Shown piece by piece: positions 59,192 to 64,000 of a stretch of 64,000 bases of DNA. Positions within the stretch are counted from its first letter, which is position 1. The number at the start of each line of letters is the position of its first letter. Source of the stretch: a virus (lineage: Duplodnaviria > Caudoviricetes). The notes under the pieces were generated by a model. That model was not told the DNA's origin, did not search any database, and saw only the letters and a list, made by a program, of their open reading frames with translations. The position numbers were made by a program, and so were the translations under genes. The stretch covers positions 1-64,000 of the IMG/VR virus record IMGVR_UViG_3300014656_000001; one strand, given 5' to 3'.

Positions 59192-60084
59192 TGGACATAC
59201 GAAAGCTGTTGGACGATTACAATGTTCCCTATGTTACAGAAGGGCACAAACACTGCCAAGAAGGTTGGTTGCAAGTGGAGTGCCCTTTCTGTACGGGGAA
59301 CAGGGGATACCACTTAGGTTATAACATAAGACAAGAGTGGTGGAACTGCTGGAGATGTGGATGGAAGCCCGATGTGCAGGTTATCAGCACATTAACGGGA
59401 CTATCTTACGGCCAAGCAAAAGATGCTCTAAGACAGTATGGAAAACACAGATCGCCCTCTTACAAAGAAGAAATCAAAAACAGAAAACCCCTAACAGTCC
59501 CAGGCTCCTCAATGACATACCATCATTATGCTTATCTCAAATCCAGAAAATTCAAAGTAACTGAGATAAAAAAAACTTGGAACTTGCTTGGAACAGGTAT
59601 TATTGGAGACTACAGTCACAGAATTATAGCTCCCATCTACTACAACAAACAGATTGTATCATTTCAGGGGAGAGATATTACTGGCAAGAGTGATTTGAAA
59701 TACAAAGCTTGCAAAAAAGAAAACGAGATCGTACATCACAAACACATTCTCTATGGACTGCAACATGCCACCAAGAGAACGTGCGTTGTGGTAGAGGGAA
59801 TAACAGACGTTTGGAGGCTCGGAAAGGGGGCTGTAGCGACATTTGGCATCAAATACACCCCACACCAAGTCAATTTATTATCTCTTCTCTACGACACTGT
59901 TATCATCATGTTCGACCCAGAACCCCAAGCCCAAAAACAAGCCCATATATTAGCTTCCATGCTGGACAGTTTGGACGTGATGACAAAAATTGCAAAGATC
60001 GATGCAAAAGATCCTGCTGAACTTGACCCTGTGGAGGCTGAGGAATTTATGATGCTGAATGGGATGGGAGTCAACCAAAAATAA
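59188..60084 (+). CDS. dnaG: DNA primase (Zn finger plus Toprim)
   Basis: CPFC...H...CWRC, FQGRD, VVEGITD, MFDPE. Confidence 0.85.
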   Translation: MMDIRKLLDDYNVPYVTEGHKHCQEGWLQVECPFCTGNRGYHLGYNIRQEWWNCWRCGWKPDVQVISTLTGLSYGQAKDALRQYGKHRSPSYKEEIKNRKPLTVPGSSMTYHHYAYLKSRKFKVTEIKKTWNLLGTGIIGDYSHRIIAPIYYNKQIVSFQGRDITGKSDLKYKACKKENEIVHHKHILYGLQHATKRTCVVVEGITDVWRLGKGAVATFGIKYTPHQVNLLSLLYDTVIIMFDPEPQAQKQAHILASMLDSLDVMTKIAKIDAKDPAELDPVEAEEFMMLNGMGVNQK

Positions 60085-60087
60085 ATA

Positions 60088-60117
60088 TTGACGAACCTTT
60101 TAACACGTGTGTATAAT
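60088..60117 (+). promoter_or_regulatory. sigma70-like promoter
   Basis: TTGACG-18-TATAAT. Confidence 0.6.
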
Positions 60118-60240
60118 GTTATTAGCAGATTGTTTATTAGCAGATTGTTACTTTATCCAAAGAAAGAGGGTGATTATCATGCGCCGGGGATAAAACCCCC
60201 ACTCCAAAAAAACTCAACCCTGTTGAAATTTAGTGTGTTT

Positions 60241-60381
60241 TTAGCAACAACGGTCAGCTCTGGAGAGTGCCTGACCGTTGTACTAAAGGCACATTTCAAA
60301 GCCGCACTCTCTTTTCTCTCTCTGCTGTGCCTGGTGTGTGCCATAGGGGAATACTCATCACGTTATTGGTGGGTATTCCCC
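60241..60381 (+). ncRNA. candidate structured RNA / leader of the replication operon
   Basis: 10-bp stem caacggtcag/ctgaccgttg, ggcaca/tgtgcc stem, 15-bp hairpin 60346-60381, possible 8-bp pseudoknot gagagtgc/gcactctc. Confidence 0.5.
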
Positions 60382-60409
60382 ACAACTAAATTTTACAGAG
60401 GTATTAAAA

Positions 60410-60763
60410 ATGCCAAAAAACCCGCCTAATTTAGACACAATCCCCAAAGTAAAAGGTTTAACAGGTTATGAAACAAATGGAAATGGTATTACTTTTTTAC
60501 CTGAAATAAATAAAGTGGTTTATTGCAAAATCATGAACCTAAAATTTGAAGATGGAAAAACCACCTCTATAAAAACCAAACCAAAACCCGTTCACAAATT
60601 AATAATACTCGGTATTTATTTATATTATTTAGCGATGAATGCTAAAAATATAAAAACCGTCCCCATAAAAGAACAAGAAAAGAAAACGGGAGTGGATAAA
60701 AATAAAATACAAAAAGCAAGAACAGAACTAAAAAAGATGGGGCTTATCGAGGAGGTTATATAA
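60410..60763 (+). CDS. HTH-like protein
   Basis: C-terminal KTGVDKNKIQKARTELKKMGLIE wHTH-like segment. Confidence 0.6.
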   Translation: MPKNPPNLDTIPKVKGLTGYETNGNGITFLPEINKVVYCKIMNLKFEDGKTTSIKTKPKPVHKLIILGIYLYYLAMNAKNIKTVPIKEQEKKTGVDKNKIQKARTELKKMGLIEEVI

Positions 60764-60764
60764 A

Positions 60765-62090
60765 ATGACACGCACATTAAACCAAATACCAGACATAAAC
60801 ACATATTCATCAGATGGAATAAAAAACGATCCAATACCTCTTTTTATCGAATCATTCTCCCGAATTTTAGCACAAGATAATCCAAACGACATGCTGATCG
60901 TTTACCTCATTTTATTACTTGTATCAAGACTCAGGGGCAATCCAACAATCGATGATGAAATGCGTTACACAGATATGGGAAGGGACAGAATAAAAAAAGC
61001 AAAAAAACGACTAATGGAACATGGATTGATAGAACAATATCGGGTATTGGAAAATGGAAAATTTCATAGTTATTTTTATTATTGTCTAACCCGCCCAATA
61101 CAAAATCCCATAAAACCAAACGATTCTGATCTGGATATTGTGAGTGATATACTCGAATCTGCCGAGGACTGGAAACCAGTCCGTGGAGAGATAAAACTAC
61201 AGTCACGAGGACTGAAATCCAGTCCGTGGATGGATGTCCCTGAAAAAGAATCACTTATGTTGTTAAAAGACTCAATTTTGAAGCAAAATAACAACTCACG
61301 AGGACTGAAATCCAGTCCTCGTCAAAACACTGATTTTATTGGAGATAGTGACTCAAGTTTACATAATACTTTTTTGGATAAGAAGAAAAAAGAAAAAAAA
61401 GAAAGTTCTTTTTCCCCCCCTATAACCCCCTCTTTATTTCAAAGAAATAAAAAGAAAAAAGAAGAACGGGGGTGTGTGCCCGCGCACGATACGTCTGTAG
61501 TTTTGGAAGAATCACCCAAATCAACAGAAGGTGATAATGAACTTGGAGATTTAAGCTTTGAAAATATGAACCTTCCAAATCAAAAAGAGTACCCGTTCAG
61601 CGATGGTGTATACCTCCAATCCAAAAACAAGCTCCCGCTAAAGTTAACCTCCAATAAAGAATTTATGAATACCTGGGCGATGTACTTTTTGTACCGCAAA
61701 GAAATAAAAAAACAAATTACGAAATTTGCCCTGCCGGGAATGTTCACTGTGCTTTCATCCATGACACCCCAAGAAGCCATCGACACAATTAACCGCGCCA
61801 TGATGAACCAGTGGACAGGTTTATTCCCAGAGAAAAAATCATTCACCCAAAAAACACCTGTCCAAATTCACGAACAGCACATGCTCCAGAGACACTACGA
61901 TCACTGGAGGCAGTGTGACAAAGAAGGTAACATGCGATGCTACACGATAGACAACACCACAAATCAGGTCTATTCCAAACCATGGCCTGAAGATGTTCTT
62001 GAACCTCCCTGGTTGGATGAATTACCTGAAGATAGCGTTCCAGACCTACATCCAGATTACGAAAGTTACCCTGAATTGTTCCAAAAATAA
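60765..62090 (+). CDS. replication initiator (lambda O-like: wHTH N-terminus, internal iterons)
   Basis: MGRDRIKKAKKRLMEHGLIE HTH; W..Y..YRK..KK C-terminal domain; adjacent DnaC-like and DnaB-like genes. Confidence 0.7.
   Translation: MTRTLNQIPDINTYSSDGIKNDPIPLFIESFSRILAQDNPNDMLIVYLILLLVSRLRGNPTIDDEMRYTDMGRDRIKKAKKRLMEHGLIEQYRVLENGKFHSYFYYCLTRPIQNPIKPNDSDLDIVSDILESAEDWKPVRGEIKLQSRGLKSSPWMDVPEKESLMLLKDSILKQNNNSRGLKSSPRQNTDFIGDSDSSLHNTFLDKKKKEKKESSFSPPITPSLFQRNKKKKEERGCVPAHDTSVVLEESPKSTEGDNELGDLSFENMNLPNQKEYPFSDGVYLQSKNKLPLKLTSNKEFMNTWAMYFLYRKEIKKQITKFALPGMFTVLSSMTPQEAIDTINRAMMNQWTGLFPEKKSFTQKTPVQIHEQHMLQRHYDHWRQCDKEGNMRCYTIDNTTNQVYSKPWPEDVLEPPWLDELPEDSVPDLHPDYESYPELFQK
61166..61420. other. 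candidate replication origin: three palindromic iterons plus A-rich tract
   Basis: GGACTG-N5-CAGTCC at 61166, 61209, 61302; A/T run at ~61370-61420. Confidence 0.65.
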
Positions 62091-62261
62091 CCTCCAAATA
62101 AGCGATTCTAAGCGACTTTTTTTAGTCTACCCATACTGAGAGTCGTTTTTTGAAAAAAAATGCAGTGGTACCCCCTAAACGGGGCTAGAATTGGCATCCA
62201 AAATCATAGTTCCAGACCCCAGACCCCCTCTGGGTGTCAAAATCGAAGGGAGAAGAGCAAA

Positions 62262-62867
62262 ATGATAGGCCATCCATGGAGATTTGAGTCTTTTGGCTCA
62301 TACGAAAATGCGCACATGGAAAACTGGTGTGACAAGTTGGAAGTTCCCCCCCACTTCCAGAGTGCACATTGCTTGTCAGACCCTAAAGTAAAGATCACAG
62401 AAAAGAATATTGAAAAATCGTATTATGTGTATGGGGAAACCAGATGCGGTAAGACACATGCTGTTTGTGCTTTGTTGAAATACAGAGCCATGATACAGGT
62501 GAGCAATCGTAAGTATACACCTGATTCTCTATTTGTCTCAGTTCCCGTCATGCTGGAACAGTTGAGGCAGTCGTATAAGGATGTGATTTTAGATTTCCCA
62601 CATGAGAATGAACCTACTCTGTTTCACAAGGGAAAAAATTTGTATCATTTAGTGCTAGATGATTTATGCGCTGACAAAATTTCCCAGTGGGGGTGTGATG
62701 TGTTGTTTTTGCTGTTGGATCATAGATACAATAATAATCTTCACACAGTAATCACCTGCAATCTCCCCATGGGAAAGATTGCAAACATTGTTGGAAGAAG
62801 AGTACATTCACGTATTGCCAGTATGTGCCATCCAGTTCTTGCGAATGGGAGAGTGGTATTCAAATGA
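62262..62867 (+). CDS. DnaC/IstB-like helicase loader ATPase
   Basis: GETRCGKT, LVLDDL, LLDHRY, ITCNL, RIASMC. Confidence 0.85.
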   Translation: MIGHPWRFESFGSYENAHMENWCDKLEVPPHFQSAHCLSDPKVKITEKNIEKSYYVYGETRCGKTHAVCALLKYRAMIQVSNRKYTPDSLFVSVPVMLEQLRQSYKDVILDFPHENEPTLFHKGKNLYHLVLDDLCADKISQWGCDVLFLLLDHRYNNNLHTVITCNLPMGKIANIVGRRVHSRIASMCHPVLANGRVVFK

Positions 62868-64000
62868 TCGAAATAGAAACAGTAGATAACTCGCAAGAGA
62901 GATTGATACTGATGTGTCTGATTGTTTCAGATTCTTTTATACCTCAGTTCATCCCCCTCTATACAGATGCAGACTACTTCAGTGTACCTTGGTCAAAGAC
63001 CATTGCCGATTGGTGTGTCAAATATTATAAGAAATATGAGAAAGCCCCTGGATCGGATATCCAGAGAATCTATAACTCCCATCGAAAAGCGTTGACAGAT
63101 GAAAATGCAAGCATGATGGAAAAGTTTCTCTTGTCTCTTTCTGAAGAGTACAAGAGAAAAGACACCATGAATGTTGCGTACATGGTGGACATGACTGTCA
63201 AGTATTTCAAACAGAGGTCTTTACAACTTGCGGCAGATGATTTGACGTATTGTTTGCAAGAAGGTAAACTAGAAGATGCTGAAGATATTATCTCCACATA
63301 TAATATAGTGGAGAAAACATTGGACAGCAGTATCGATGTTATGTCAAATACAGATATCATCGATAGACTGTATGAAGATTTACCTGAACCCATAATCAAA
63401 TATCCAGGGAAATATGGTAAACTGATTAACCCTTTATTGAAACGGGATTCTTTTGTGGCTTTCATGGCCCCAGAAAAGACAGGAAAAAGTCATTATATGG
63501 ACGATTTATTGATGAGAGGTGTTTGCTCCCGTCTCAACGCCTGTCTATTTGAAGCGGGGGATATGTCAGATGTTCAGCGCATGAATAGATATCTGACGTA
63601 CTTCTCTCAACGTCCCGTAGAGAGTTACAAGGCAGGTGAAATTATGTTCCCTGTTTTGGATTGCAATTACAACCAAGACAATACCTGTAACAGACCCGAA
63701 CGATCTTGTAATGTAGGTATAAGAATTGGAGAAGACAATTTACCTTATGACGAACAAGACAAAAACTATAGACCCTGTACAGGATGCAGGGACAACAGGC
63801 GGGGAGCTTTTTCAGGGTGTGTTTATCTGGAACCAAAAAAAATAACACCCCTAACCAAAAAAGAGGCGTTGGAAGCTCAAGCCAAATACAAAAAAAGAGT
63901 GGGGAGCCGTGTTTTCAAAATGGCTCCCTATCCAAACTCAACACTGACCTTCGATATGATAAACAGACAGTTGGATGCTTGGGAACGCAACGATAGTTTT
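62864..64000 (+). CDS. dnaB: DnaB-like replicative helicase (runs off the window end)
   Basis: Not in the ORF track because it has no stop; ATGA overlap at 62864; hand translation of the 3' part gives APEKTGKS Walker A and FEAGDMS. Confidence 0.75.
   Translation, partial: MIEIETVDNSQERLILMCLIVSDSFIPQFIPLYTDADYFSVPWSKTIADWCVKYYKKYEKAPGSDIQRIYNSHRKALTDENASMMEKFLLSLSEEYKRKDTMNVAYMVDMTVKYFKQRSLQLAADDLTYCLQEGKLEDAEDIISTYNIVEKTLDSSIDVMSNTDIIDRLYEDLPEPIIKYPGKYGKLINPLLKRDSFVAFMAPEKTGKSHYMDDLLMRGVCSRLNACLFEAGDMSDVQRMNRYLTYFSQRPVESYKAGEIMFPVLDCNYNQDNTCNRPERSCNVGIRIGEDNLPYDEQDKNYRPCTGCRDNRRGAFSGCVYLEPKKITPLTKKEALEAQAKYKKRVGSRVFKMAPYPNSTLTFDMINRQLDAWERNDSF

Noticed and set aside
60088-60429. 113-aa ORF
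   Set aside because: Its start codon is the TTG of the -35 box, it has no RBS, and it spans a region better explained as promoter plus structured RNA.
1-64000. Stop-codon reassignment, or inteins/introns in TerL, RecA or capsid genes
   Set aside because: Genes are full length under code 11, with TAG, TAA and TGA all used as stops; no splicing or homing-endonuclease motifs were seen.

Overview
The whole window is part of a large tailed dsDNA bacteriophage genome (siphovirus-like, long non-contractile tail); no integrase or DNA polymerase lies inside it. Layout: (1) 0-7 kb, + strand: recombination module with UvsY-like mediator, gp32-like SSB, RecA/UvsX, RuvC-like resolvase, and an SbcC/Rad50 split around SbcD/Mre11. 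(2) 7-9.9 kb, +: small membrane-protein cassettes with duplicated junctions and a probable M15 endolysin. (3) 9.9-40.4 kb, - strand: complete virion operon (TerS, TerL, portal, gp7/F, protease, scaffold, decoration, capsid, neck, tail tube, G/GT chaperones joined by an A_AAA_AAC -1 frameshift, tape measure, DUF2460/DUF2163/tail-tip, tail fibres); several of its genes carry signal peptides. (4) 42.1-43.7 kb: non-coding and palindrome-rich, inside a ~3 kb island strongly depleted of AGG/CCT. (5) 43.7-53.6 kb: early-type gene cassettes, most preceded by a hairpin plus a shared GAGAAAAGAG(G)AGAG leader; includes MoxR AAA/vWA genes and two pentapeptide-repeat proteins. (6) 53.7-64 kb: H1-like protein, sigma-like factor, SNF2 helicase, three Y RNAs plus Ro60 (TROVE), primase, a structured non-coding leader, an iteron-bearing replication initiator, a DnaC-like loader and a DnaB-like helicase. 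Best candidates for new biology: the Ro60 plus triple Y-RNA locus (two are circularly permuted tRNA mimics); the shared early leader together with a structured RNA at 60.2-60.4 kb carrying its exact antisense; and the AGG/CCT-depleted island. All calls come from reading motifs by eye; no database searches were run.
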